Shown: positions 26,215-39,000 of the stretch, piece after piece
Layout: each line of letters opens with the position of its first letter
Numbering within the stretch: the stretch's first letter is position 1
NCBI GenBank assembly: GCA_964016885.1
Contig: OZ024741.1
Span: 51,398,001-51,462,000 of the forward strand
From: Eledone cirrhosa
Taxonomy: Eukaryota
Length of the DNA: 64,000 nucleotides
Reading direction: 5' to 3'
The notes under the pieces: generated by a model
What the model was told of the DNA's origin: nothing
Database searches by the model: none
Seen by the model: the letters and a program-made list of their open reading frames with translations, nothing else
Made by a program: the position numbers and the translations under genes

Positions 26215-28887
26215 AGTTTTTGGGGGCCAATGAACCCTCCGACCGGAACGGGTCGTAGTCTTATATGGGGGGGGGGGGGGGGGGCGAAGAAGCAGCTGTG
26301 TATGCGAAAGAAAAAGCCGGGGGCTTTTGTGGCTCAGTGGTGATAGCATCTGTATCCAAATGTGCTCGTTTGAGTCTATCAATCGAAACCGTCTCTCTGG
26401 AACCCTTAATGTCTTCAGTGAAATGTTTCTCTGAACGAGCTAACACACGGTAGGGTCCAGAGTATGGTTGTGTGAGAGGTGGTTTAACAGCATCGTTTCT
26501 CACAAACACATGGGTCCACGAAGCAATATCCCTCGGGACTGCAAATTGTACAGTTTGCTTCCTCATATCCATCGGCGGCAGGTCCTGAAAATAAGAACGC
26601 AGATGGGATACGTAGGAAAGCGGATCTTGTTCAGCAAAATCGACAGGGGCAAGCATTTGCCCAGGTAACGCTAGAGGAGCACCATATAACAATTCGGCTA
26701 GGGAGAACCCAAGGTCCTCCTTTATTGTTGACTGAATCCCAACAACACAATAGGGAGGTACTCACTCCAGCGCGTAGAGTCAGGAGAAGTCCGTATAGCG
26801 GCTTTCAGTTGTCGGTGGAAGCGCTCCACCATTCCATTAGAGGCAGGATGATATGCTGTAGTTCGGATGCGTTTAGCGCCGATGATCTTCGTCAACTCAT
26901 GGAAGAGGTTCGATTCAAACTGTCTTCCACGGTCCGTTGTAATCGTAGTTGGCACTCCATATCGAGCGATCCATCCAGACACAAGGACACGCGCTGTGGT
27001 CTCAGCAGTGATATCCCTCAAGGGGATGGCTTCAGGCCATCGCGATAAACGATCGATTACAGTCAATAAGTAATTGTAACCACTGCTGATGGTCCAAGGT
27101 CCCACGATGTCCACATGGATGTGGCGAAACCGGGCGTCCGGGTTACTAAAAGTACCAAGGGGAGTCTTAATATGTCTATGAACTTTCGATTTCTGGCAAG
27201 CAACACAGGAACGGCACCAGACAGTAATTTCACATCTCATATTTGGCCAGAAGAATCTAGCCGTTATGAGTTTTACTGTGGCAGAAGATCCAGGATGTGA
27301 AATGCCGTGCAAAACAAGAAACAGATCCGTCCGTCTGCGGTCGGTAAAGGTAGGTATTTCATCCTGCAATTCACAAATTCAGGTGATGTACCATCCAACG
27401 ATTCGAGGGTAGGCTGATCGGCTGCCAAGTGATTCAAATCTATGTCATCGGGCGACGAGATTGAAGTAATCTGTAAACGAGACAGGGCGTCGGCCGCTGT
27501 ATTCATAGAACCCGGAATATGTTGAATGTCATTCGTAAACTGAGAGATGAGGTCAAGATGTCTAGTTTCTCTAGGTGAGTATTTGTCTGCCTTAGCTTGC
27601 AAGGTGAATGTCAACGGGTTATGGTCCGTGAAGATAGTAAACGTTCTTCTCTCAAGCATGTGCGAAAAATGTTTCACCGATAAATATATTGCTAGCAACT
27701 CCCGTCCAAAGGTGCTGTAGCGGGTTTCGGCAGGTTTCAGCTTCCTGGAGAAAAATTCCAACGGTTGCTGTTGATCGTTTCTACTTTGCTGCAAAATCGC
27801 GCCCACGGCAGTATCCGACGCATCAACACAAAGCGAAAGCTTAGCGTTGGACACTGGGTGAGCCAGCAAAGATGGATTGGCTAGAACAATTTTCGCAAAA
27901 TCCTGGAGCTGAGTTTCATTCAAAGAGTTTCTTTCGACAATTTTTCAAAATTTCCGTCAAGGAGAAAAGTAGCTTAGCACAATTAGGCACAAACTGCCTA
28001 TAAAAATTAATCAGCCCCAAGAATTGGCGCAACTGACGGAGTGAGGTTGGTGGAGGCAAATCCTCTATAGCTTTAACTCTCTCAAGAATAGGTCGAATAC
28101 CGTCAGAGTCAATGACGTGGCCCAAAAAATTCAAAGATTCGGAACCAAAAACACATTTTGACGGATTAATCCGAACATTGTAATTCTTTAAACGACAAAA
28201 TAGTAGTTCCAGATGGCGCAAATGCTGCTCTGGGGAAGAGCTCGCAACAAGAAGGTCATCAATGTAGGTGTATACAAAGTCGAGGCCGCGAGTGACCTCA
28301 TCCATAAAACGCTGGAAGGTGCTAGCAGCATTCCTTAACCCGAAAGGCATGGTGAGAAATTCGAAAGATCCAAATGACGTAGTTATAGCCGTTTTCGGGA
28401 TGTCGTCTCTATTGACAGGAATTTGGTTATCGGCTCGTATCAAATCGAGCTTCGAAAAAATGTTGCAACCTTGCAACGAGGATGAAAAATCCTGTAAATG
28501 AGCGATAGGATACCGATCCGGAACGGTCATCGAGTTCAATCTTCTATAATCTCCAGTGGGTCTCCAATCACCAGAAGATTTTGGCACCATATGTAATGGA
28601 GATGCCCACCGGCTCGTGGAAGGACGAATAATTACGAGCTGTAGCATATGATCGAACTCGGACCGTGCTGCTTTCAATTTGTCCGCTGGCAATTGGCGGG
28701 GACGCGAAAAAACCGGAGCGCCAGTTGTAGTAATAAAATGTTCCGTAGCGTGGCCTGGATCAGTGACTCTAAACATTTCATGAGTCAGTTGCGGGAACGA
28801 TTTCAACAGTCCATGATATAAGTTTCCAGAGTTAGCAATAAAGAAAGTCGGGCTAATTGTAGAAAATCCCGCCGTCCTGCCACACAA
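26215..28887 (-). pseudogene. Frameshifted Gypsy pol: RT - RNase H - integrase (protease and gag absent)
   Basis: [29 protein letters not shown] (27916-28887); RH DASD..YSTFGRELLAIY..FTDH (27273-27923); [33 protein letters not shown] (26722-27369); GPY/F and terminal TTRSGRRVHWP (~26225-26260). Confidence 0.93.
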
Positions 28888-29972
28888 CGAACACTCAAAA
28901 AGACTTGGACTCTTGTATTCCTACATTCAACTAAGCCTTTTTCGCTACTTTTTCATCACTTTAAAAAAAAAAAAGTTGAACTCTCGCCATATATATCTTT
29001 TTCATCATATTATCACGTTCACACACACATTTTTCAAAATGGCTGCCAACGACTTGTTGCACTATCATTTTCTCGCGCAATAGAAATATTTTTTTTAAAA
29101 ACTTGACTTTAACCTTGTTTCGGAACGTGTGGGGGCACACGTTTCGACTCACTGAGATAACACACGCCATATATAATGTTTCTTGCCAATTCTCCAGCCT
29201 TAAGCTATATTCTCCTATTTGCCGGTTTAAAAATTTACCACCTAAATTTGCTGTTGAAAACTGCGCATTTATTCAGAATGCTTATTTCTTTAGTCGCTGG
29301 CCTCTTGACCCTTCCAGGTCAACGCATTCTCAACATCGACCATCAACTTTGGCTGTTATTTCTAGCACTTTGCGCAACTCATTTTTTTCTGGGAAACCTT
29401 TTACTGTGAACGGAAACAACATCGAATAGGCTCACTCCGCGAGACAACAACAACAAAGCTTCATCTTTGTTTTATCAACAACCAAAAACACAGAGAATTT
29501 ATTTTTGCAGCACTCTTCCTGTGAGAAAATCCCACCAGCCTTCGGAGGTTGGGAATTTCACGTTGTACCACAGTCCAGAAACCATCTGCATACATTCTCT
29601 GGAGGACACACTTTCTTTCCTGCTGTCATGTGATTGCATGCTCACCTGTGAACTGTATTTTGAACATTTGAACCCTTTTTTTTAATAACTATGTTCGAGC
29701 ACGTTTCTTTGCTCCGTTGACCTCTTCTTTTGATTACATTTTATCTTTGTGTGATGGATAGATAGATGTCCAGTCGTTCTCTGGCCAAGAGCGGTTGGCT
29801 ACCTTGATATCTATCATTAATTTTTGCATGCTTATACTTTGCTGTTTTGCTTTTATTGCAAACATTATTTTTTTGTAATTTTCATGCCTGGACTTTGGTG
29901 TTACATGCTCGCCATCTTACTTCATACATGGTTTATTCGATTTTTATGTTTTAAAGATCTGGCGGGGGATAA

Positions 29973-30387
29973 TGTAGCAAGAGTTGCCTCCCTTGTTATG
30001 ACGATTATATCACCAGTAGCGCTCTCTAGACAGGAAGAAGCTGGAGTTACTTCCCGTTGAGGTGGCAGAACCTTCTTTGTCACTTCCGTCCAGGGACCCT
30101 ATAAAGGAGAAAGCTGAAAGCAATCTCTCTCTCTTTTAACCTGCCTGGCCGAAGGGCCAGGCATCTTCCGCCGAGGGTATACTCTTTGGCAACCTGAACA
30201 TGGTAATGAAAAGACCTCTTGGTCTCTTGCGAGCTGACTTCAAAAAGGGTAAACACCTAACTTTAATTCATCCTTCCATCTCTCTTGGCATGTCAACTAT
30301 TCTGCTCTACATAGTTCAACCTTGTTAAATAAATATTGTACATACAACCGAGTGTCTTGTTATATTCATACAACCTCAGTGTCCCTG

Positions 30388-30392
<5 letters not shown>
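29973..30392 (+). repeat. 3' LTR
   Basis: Starts TGTAGCAAGAG immediately after the PPT and ends CCTGTTATA in a long (TA)n tract. Confidence 0.93.
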
Positions 30393-30450
<58 letters not shown>

Positions 30451-30894
30451 TATATATATTTCACTAAATCATATACACTGTATATATATATATATATATA
30501 TCATCATCATCATCTTCATCATCATCATTTTACGTTCGCTTTTCCCTGCTTGCAAGGGTGGGACAGGAACTGATTCTGGCTTGATTTCTACAGCTGGATA
30601 CCCTTCCTAACACCAACCTCATTTACAGTGAGTGTTTTGTGCTTTTTTGCCGTGGCACCTCCACGACCACTTTGCAGTTCCTATCATCTCATTTCTACAG
30701 CTGAGTAAACTGGAGCAATGTGAAATAAAGTGTCTTGCTCAAGGAAACAACACATCACCCGGTCTGAGAATTGAACTCACAACCTTTCGATTGCAAAGCC
30801 AATGCTCTAACCACTAAGCCATGTGCCTCCATATATATATGTATATTATCATCATCGTTTAACATCAATCTTCCACGCTAGCATGAGTTAGTGG

Positions 30895-31918
30895 GATCTC
30901 AGGAAGCTTAAGTAAGAATGTAGGCTTCACATGTAGCAGCTGTGCTGGGACAGCAAGCAGCAAACAGCCACAGGAAACAAGTACCACCAATCTCTGGGAG
31001 GGCTCTGTAGAAACAGTAGACAGCTGCTGCTACCTAGGTGACCGAATTAGCAGCGACGATGGGTGTTCGGAAAGTACAATAACTAGAGTAAGAACGGGAT
31101 GGAAGAAGTTTAGGGAGCTACTGCCACTACTAGCTGCAAAAGGCTTTTCCCTCAAAATGTAAGGCAGACTGTATGATGTGTGTATACGAACAGCAATGTT
31201 ACATGATAGTGAGACCTGGGCGCTGTCTGTAGAAGACTTGTGTAGATTAGAAAGAAACGAAGCCTGCATGCTCCGATGATGTGTAATAGTAATATAAGCG
31301 AACGGCAAAGCATAAATGAATTGAGAGAGAGACTGAGCACAAGAGGAATCAAATGCTGTGTGCAGGAGAGGCGGTTGCGCTGGTATGGACATGTGATGCG
31401 TATGAAGTATGACAGCTGCATAAAAAGGTGCAGAGCACTAGAAGTTGATGGAAACCGTGGAGTGGGGAGACCCAAGAAGACCTAGGATGAGGTGATAAAA
31501 GCTGACCTTACCCAATTACACCTCTCAAAGACGATGACACACGACCGTGACCTCTGGTGTCACGCAGTAATATCCCCCCCCCCCCACCACGGGTACAAGC
31601 CGAAGCTGAAGCATATAGACAATATGCCCCCACACCCTCCCACTGCAAAGTGGTCGTGGAGGTGCCACGGCCAAAAAGCACCCAGCTCACACTGTAAAGT
31701 GGACGTGTAGGCGCCACAGAAAAAAAGCACCCAGCACTCACTGTAAATGAGGTTGGTGTTAGGAAGGGCATCCAGCTGTAGAAATCAAGCCAGAACCAGT
31801 TCCCGTATGAGCAAGACAAGGTCAGCTGACCGGACACTGCCCACAACAGGACAACCTGTCTAACCCATGCTAGCGTGGAAGAACGGACGTAAAACGGCTA
31901 TGAAGATGATAATGATGA
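30895..31918 (+). mobile_element. 5'-truncated RTE LINE with long SINE-like 3'UTR
   Basis: ORF 31276-31485 (RERLSTRGIKCCVQERRLRWYGHV) belongs to the same family as 7267-8001; the 3'UTR carries the AGGAAGGGCATCC core and (GAT)n-like tail. Confidence 0.85.
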
Positions 31919-31947
31919 TATATATATAATTCACTAAATCATATACA

Positions 31948-31993
<46 letters not shown>

Positions 31994-32299
31994 TCATCAT
32001 CGTTTAACGTCCATCTTCCACGCTTGCATGGGTTAGACGGTTTTGTTCCATTTGTTGCGGGAATGGTCAAGAGACCGTGTCTCGCTCGTACGGAAGTGTG
32101 TCTGGCAGGTTTTTTTACAGCTGGATGCCCTTCCTAACACCAACCATATTTACAGTGTGGACTGGGAGCCTTTTTGAAGTGTCTCCTACACGACCACCTT
32201 ACAGTGTGGACTGTTGTGTCATTGACACAGTGGACGGAACGGGAAAGGGAGGGTGTGTGAGGTTATGTGTGTATGTGACGTGTAAACTGTGTTAAAAAT

Positions 32300-35200
32300 T
32301 CTATGTATCAGCCATTACGGTTCTCACTTCCACCACATTCGGTATACATGTCTGACGCTGTATGATAACCACTCCCTCGTGAATATATCATAGAAAAGAC
32401 AAGGGGCGGACAGAGGTTCCGTAAGCCTTAATGCAGGCAACTCGTCTAGGAGAGCTACCACTCCGAATAAATAGGTGCGGGTTAGAGAAGTCCCCTAAGT
32501 CCAGTAAGACAACTTCTCTAGTGCTGGTGGCACGAATAAAAGCACCCAGTCCATGCTGTAAAAATGGAAGGGTGGTTAGGGCCCCTGAGTCCAGTAAGAT
32601 AACCTCTCTAGTGCTGGTGGTACGAATAAAAGTACCTAGTCCATGCTGTAAAATGGAGGGGTAGAGAGGGCTCCTGAATCCAGTAAGACACCCTCTCTAG
32701 TGCTGGTGGCACAAATAAAAGCACCCAGTCCATGCTGTAAAGTGGTGCTGGTGTTAGGAAGGGCATCCAACCAGTATAATAAATGCCAAAATTATGAGCA
32801 CAACAAATAAGAATTGCAACAACTGCGTCAACACAATAACACCAACCATGTTAGGGCTGCACACAGTAGAGGGGTAGCTGGTGCGGCCATGTGCGAGAAC
32901 TCCCCGACCGTCATCAAGCAATCGCACTACAGGAACAGGAAAAGGAACAAGAATATGAAGACGTCACATCGCAGAGTTGCAACACTTAATGTTGGCACTC
33001 TCACAGGTAGATCTGCTGAAATAGCGGAGATGCTGGAGAGAAGGCATATGGATGTGGGCTGCGTGTAAGAGGTGAGATGGAGAGGTGCCTCTGCAAGACT
33101 AATCGCAGGCAAACATTTTACTTATAAGCTCACTTTCTGGGTGAGTAATGATGATGGGTTAGGGGGAGTAGGCATTTTCCTGGCTGAGAGATGGATCGAT
33201 AAGGCAATAGAGGTAGTTAGAGTTAGTAATAGAATAATTAAGCTTAGATTAGTTGTAGGCAAGAGACTACTGACAATCATCTCTGCCTATGCTCCCCAGG
33301 CAGGCCTAGGTAAAGAAGAGAAAGACTGCTTTTACGAGCAACTTTTACAAACAGCCGCAATGACAGAGGACGGAGACATCGTTATGCTAGCAGGAGACTT
33401 CAATGGACATGTTGGACAGGTCCAGGATGGTTACACTGGGGTACATGGTGGGTATGGTTACGGCTCAAGAAATGAAGAAGGAGTGAGACTTCTTGAATTT
33501 TGTGATGCAAGTGCACTGACTATTTGCAACACTATCTTCCAGAAACCTGCCAATCACCTAATAACCTACAAATCAGGCGAGCACATAAGCCAGATTGACT
33601 TCTTGCTAGTTAGGCAGCGGGACAGAAAGATGGTGTCAAATACCAAGGCATACCCCAGGGAAGAATGTACCCCCACAGCATAGGTTAGTCGTTAGTGATA
33701 TCGCAGTAAGCAAGACACGGAATGAGACATACAGGAAGGTGTGGAGAAGAAAAGTCTGGAAGTTAAAAGACTTTTCACTAAAATACAAATTTAGGAAAGC
33801 CCTTCAAGATGTGTATGACGAAAAAAAAGACGATTTAGAGTCGTATGACATAGATGATAGCTGGAATTCTTACGTGACAACTTACTGCAGGCTACTGAAG
33901 AAACTTGTGGCTGGAAAGAGCTCCAACCAGACAGAGAGTGACTTGGTGGTGGAGCAGCACGGTAGATAGGGCCATTAGAGACAAAAGATTGGAAAAATGC
34001 TTGGAAAAATACTTGGAAAAATGGTGGGAGTAGAGAAGGATATACAGCCGCTAAGAGAGAAGCTAGACATCAAGTGTACTTAGCACGCAGGGAGGCTGAG
34101 AGTAGGAGGTTTGCCAATGTTCTGCGACGGGAAGATCAGAGACGTATGGTGTTCCGCATTACAAGGCAGTGTGTCAGTGCAAATCAGGATGTTGTTGGAG
34201 ATAAGTGTGTCCGGAATTATGCCGGTGTACTTAGTGTCACGAATGATCAGAAAAAGGAGGCCTGGAAATGTCATTATGACAGACTGATGAATGTGGAGAA
34301 CGAATGGGAGAGAGAGAAATTACCTCCAGTATATCCGACAGAGGGACCAGCTATTGAGATTGACGAATATAGGGTCCAAGAGGCGATTAAGGAAATGAAA
34401 AATGGTAAGGCTGCTGGACCGTCGGGGATAGTTGCTGAGATGCTGAAGGTATCAAGGGACGTAGGCACTAAACTGGTTGCACGCATCATCAATCAGGCTA
34501 TATACGGTGGTGTCATACCCAAAGACTGGTGCAGCAGTATTCTCATAAATTGCTACAAAGGTAAAGGGGATGCTCTGGAGAGGAGCAATTATAGGGGCAT
34601 AAAACTAATGGATCAGGTCATGAAAGTAGCAGAAAGGATATTAGCGCAACTAATTAGAGAAAGGTTCAAACTAGATGAGATCCAGTTTGGTTTTGTGCCT
34701 GGGAAAAGTACAACGGATGCCCTTTTCTTAGTGAGACAATTACACGAGAGGTTCTTAGAGAAGAATAAGCCACTATACTTAGCTTTTGTTGACTTAGAGA
34801 AGGCCTTTGATAGGGTACCCTGATCTGTCATCTGGTGGTCCCTAAGGAAGCTGGGTGTTGAGAATGGCTTGTGAGGACAGTGCAAGCTTTGTACAGAGGT
34901 GCTGTCAGTAAAGTGAGGGTAGGAATGGAGTTTAGTGAGAAATTCCAGATACAAGTAGGAGTACATCAGGGTTTGGTCCTCAGCCCACTCGTGTTCATTA
35001 TAGTCCTCCAAGCCATAACAGAGGAATTTAAGACTGGCTGTCCATGGGAACTTCTCTATGCTGACGATCTGGTTCTTATAGCAGAATCAGTAGAGGAGAT
35101 GGAGAATAAATTCTGGCTATGGAAACAGCAGTTGGAATCAAAAGGATTGAGAGTGAACCTAGCTAAGACAAAAGTGTTGATGAGTAGAAAAGAGGACAAA

Positions 35201-36042
35201 ACTCTGATTCCGCCAAGGAAATGGCCATGTTCGATATGCAAAAAAGAAACTGGCATAAATTCTATAAAATGTACACAATGCAGATCTTGGGTATACAAGA
35301 GATGTAGTGGGATAGCAGGCAAACTAACAGGTAGGGAGAAATACGTATGCAGTAGATGTACAGGGAAATTTGACAGTAGAAGTCGCATTGATAATGCAGG
35401 TGGGTGCTATAGAAGTGGTTGATAGCTTCCGATACCTAGGTGATCATATTAGCATGGGAGGGGGGGGGGTTCCAAGGCCATAGTATATAGAATAAGGACA
35501 GGTTGGAAGAAGTTTAGGGAACTGCTTCCTCTGGTGACGAAGAAGGGTTTCTCCCTGTGTATGAAAGGCCGGTTATATGATGCCTGTGTGAGGAGCGCGA
35601 TGCTGCATGGTAGTGAGACATGGGCAGCAACTGCAGAGGATATGCAACGGCTGGAGAGAAATGAGGCAAGCATGCTCCGTTGGATGTGCAATGTCAATGT
35701 GTGTGAACGGCTGAGCATGGATGTGTTGAGAGAGAAACTGTGTCTGAGAGGGATAAATTGTTGTGTGTGGGAGAGGAGACTGCGAGGGTATGGAGATGTG
35801 ATGCGCATGGAGGATGACCGATGGGTGAAGAAGTGCCAAGAAATGCCAGTTGAAGGAAGACGTAGTAGAGGAAGACCACAAAAAACATGGGCGGAGGTGG
35901 TGAGAACATACCTCAGATCGCTGAAGCTCACGGTGGAGATGACAAAAGACCGTGACAAGTGGAGAGATGCTGTGCTGAATAGGACCTGTCCCACCCTTGC
36001 AAGCAGGGAAAAACGGATGTAAAATGATGATGATGATGATGA
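32300..36042 (+). mobile_element. Near full-length RTE-clade LINE (single APE-RT ORF, disrupted)
   Basis: EN ATLNVGTL..GDFNGHVG..SQIDF (~32950-33680); RT QFGFVPGKSTTDA, DLEKAFD, GVHQG, LLYADD (34074-35422); C-terminal part 35534-36022; (TGA)n tail 36024-36042. The 5' limit is approximate. Confidence 0.93.
32491..32770 (+). repeat. About 3 tandem ~90-bp units in the RTE 5'UTR
   Basis: Repeated (c)cctgagtccagtaaga..ctctagtgctggtggcacgaataaaagcacccagtccatgctgtaaa; the last unit runs into GGTGTTAGGAAGGGCATCC. Confidence 0.85.
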
Positions 36043-36050
36043 CATAGATA

Positions 36051-39000
36051 TGTTTCTTTATTAGCCACAGGGGCACAAAAGAAGGGGACAAATACAAAGG
36101 GGGAAGTTTACATACAATAAAAACGTGTAAAATATTATCACAAATGCAATTTAAAAATGAATCGATTTTCCCCAATAGGGGGAGACATTACATATGGGTA
36201 ACACATACCCCCGAAAAAAAAATGTGCAACCCTCATCTCCAGGAGTACGAAGAGTTTGTACCGCTTTCCTCTCCTCCTCTTTTTCCTCAACCTACAGGCT
36301 GATATAGAGAGAAGGCCCATTCACTCGGGCCATTCTCGCCACTTTCACCCACCTTTCATAAAACTTGCTGGGGTACAGCACCTCTCTCTCCATCCTGCTT
36401 CTTCTTCCAAAGTGGTATTTGAAAAAAAGAATCAGTTGTTGGCCGGAGAGAAAGGTGTCTGACCTCAGCCCTTTCAACCTTGTCCACCATACAACCTCTT
36501 TCGCCATAGCTATCACACAAAGGAAAACCGCCTCTCCTTCGTTTTTGAAGGAGGGTGGCGGTTTGATCATGCCAATGGACTCGGTGGTCAACCGGATTGG
36601 TCCCACCCGCGACTATTAGTCGTTCTACATAGCCCCACAGGTCGGTGACGCCCAGGCAGTGTATTAATGCGTGTGCGACGGTTTCTTCGTCTCGCACGCA
36701 CCTCGGACAGATCTTTTTTGCAGGGTCCCTGCTCGGGCGCCCATGTCTGTAGAGCTTGTCTCGAACTGGTAGAGCTCCTCGGTAGCACTGCCAGGCCAGG
36801 GACTTTTGGAAGTTGTCCATCGGTCCCGAGCGGAAGGTTCTACCGAACAGACTGGCCAGTTCGTCTTCCCCTACGCCCAGAGTTTCACCGAGCACGTCGT
36901 CGCACTTGCTGCGAATCAACCCTCTATAGAATGACGAAGTGGAGTCTCCACTGATCGCCGGGTCCGTTTGCCAGAGGGCTGTGAGCGCCTGAGCACATTC
37001 GATGTGCCAGTCGCCCATTTTCCTCGGTCTTTGCTTGACCCAGGACTGCAGCTCGGTCAGCGAGACGAGTCGTGGGAAGGCTCGCCTCACGAACGGGGCC
37101 CACACTGGTTGTCCGGTGAGGAATACGTAGAGATGCCGCAGCCTGAGCGCGTGTTTGCGCATCGTCAGCCACGGCATCCCCAGCCCTCCGTTGGAAGGGC
37201 GTTGGCAGCAGATGGATCTTCTCACCAAAGGAGCCCGCCTCTTCCAAAGGAATTGGAAGAGCGCGCGCTCCATTTTGGCGAGCGTTTTGGCTGGACAAGG
37301 CACGACGGTCAAGCGGTAGTAGATGGCGGATGCTATAAAAGTGTTCGCCACCTCCGCTCGACCTTTCAAGGATAGTTTGCACTCCGCCCACTTCTGGGTG
37401 AGTGCAAATACCTTGGCCGACACCTCGTTCCAGTTCTTCTCCACCTGGAGGTCCGGACCAAACCAGACCCCGAGCAGCTTTACTGGTCCTTCCGTCCAGC
37501 GTCCGACGACGCCATCGGAAGGCATCGGTCTGCCTCTCCACGATCCGAGTTGCAAACCGATGGACTTGTCCCGGTTCAGCTTCGCTCCTGTGAACCTTTC
37601 GTATTCCTTCAGTAAGGTGCCGACTTCCTCAATTTGCGAGGCGCTCGACACCATTACTGTCACGTCGTCGGCGTAGGCCGACGCCGCTTTCCGCAGTCCC
37701 GGTTCCAGAGGGATGCCCTGCAAAAGCTCCAACTTCCGCAGTAGTGGCTCGAGAGTCAATACGTACAGAAGGGAGGAGAGAGGGCATCCCTGTCGAATGG
37801 GTCGCGTGATATGGAACGGCTCCGAGAGGTAGCCGTTCACCTTAACCCTTGAGCAGATGTTGCTGTTATGAATTGCAGCAATCCAGCCCCTGAACACGGG
37901 TCCGAAGCACACATCTGCTTCGGCTCACGTATCACGCGTCCGTTTTGTTCCTTCAAAGACAGAATCGTGGACTTGTTGCCACTTTTTGCCTCCGTCACTC
38001 GGGCCCAGCTAACAGCTTTGGTACCCTCGTTTCCCAGAGCACGTATTTTGCTTCTGACAACGCAGCCCTCATGCTTTGCGTCGAAGAACTGGTCCAAGGC
38101 CATTCTCGTTGCTAGCACGCTGGCTACGTTGCCACTTCTAATTGCCTCTTCTACTTTATCTACCAGTTCTTTCTCGGTTCTATTTCTATCTAACGCTAAT
38201 TCTTTACTAAAAACTAACGAGTCTAATCTAACTGCCCTCTTGAGAGAGTACCACCATCTGTTGTTGACAATGGCCCCTGTCAAATGCTGTTTAACTAAAG
38301 TGCTAATCCGTCTACTGTAGGCTTTGCATGTCGGTAACGACAAGTTCAGCTTCCAGTAGCCGGGTCCTTGTCTATGGGTTCTATCAAAGTTGACCATGCA
38401 GGTCATTAGTTTGTGATCTGAATAGGCAACCATGAACATTTGTGGACAGCTTAACATGTCCCTATCCTTATTTCTAGCAAGAACCCTATCTAGGTACGAT
38501 CTAGATGTTCCGCTACGATTAGTCAACGTCCACAGTGGCACAGTCGGAAAATCTAGTCGATATCTATCGGCCAGGTCAAATCGGCCGATTAACTGTTTGA
38601 GGATGTTACACCCCCCCCTTTATCGGGACATGCTCCCACATAGTCCCAACGTGCATCTAGGATTCCATTCCAGTCCCCCACTAAAAGCAAGGAGCGGGAC
38701 GTTCCCAGAAAAGTCTCTAGACGTTTGAAGAAGTCTGGCCGCGGTGTCCCGGATGGGGCATATGCGGCCACCATCCTGAAAGCTCCACCTTCACTACCGT
38801 CAACGTCTAGGACCACCAGTCGACCCCCCGGGTCCAGATGTACCGTCTGTGTTACGAGGCCCAGGTGTTTCCGCAGCAAAACGGCAACTCCGCCCTCACC
38901 CCCTGGCTGACAGAGAGATGCGTAGATCTCAAAGTCATCGAAGATGGGGGCCAGCTGTCGCTCGCTGTGGATCCTGGACTCGCAAATGGCTACTACATCC

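Larger units (their letters stand above)
25538..30392 (+). mobile_element. Ty3/Gypsy LTR retrotransposon (CsRN1-like) with pol antisense to the LTRs and no gag
   Basis: LTRs at 25538-25958 and 29973-30392, roughly 95% identical by eye; PBS TGGTGACCCCGA at 25961-25972; PPT GGCGGGGGATAA at 29961-29972; (TA)n on both flanks. Confidence 0.92.

Noticed and set aside
26215-28887. pol as a second LTR element nested in reverse orientation
   Set aside because: No second LTR pair, PBS or PPT is visible on the minus strand; not fully excluded if heavily deleted.
32340-32440. HDV-like ribozyme at the RTE 5' end
   Set aside because: An L3-like TCCCTCGT is present, but I could not assign consistent P1, P2 and P1.1 pairings by eye.
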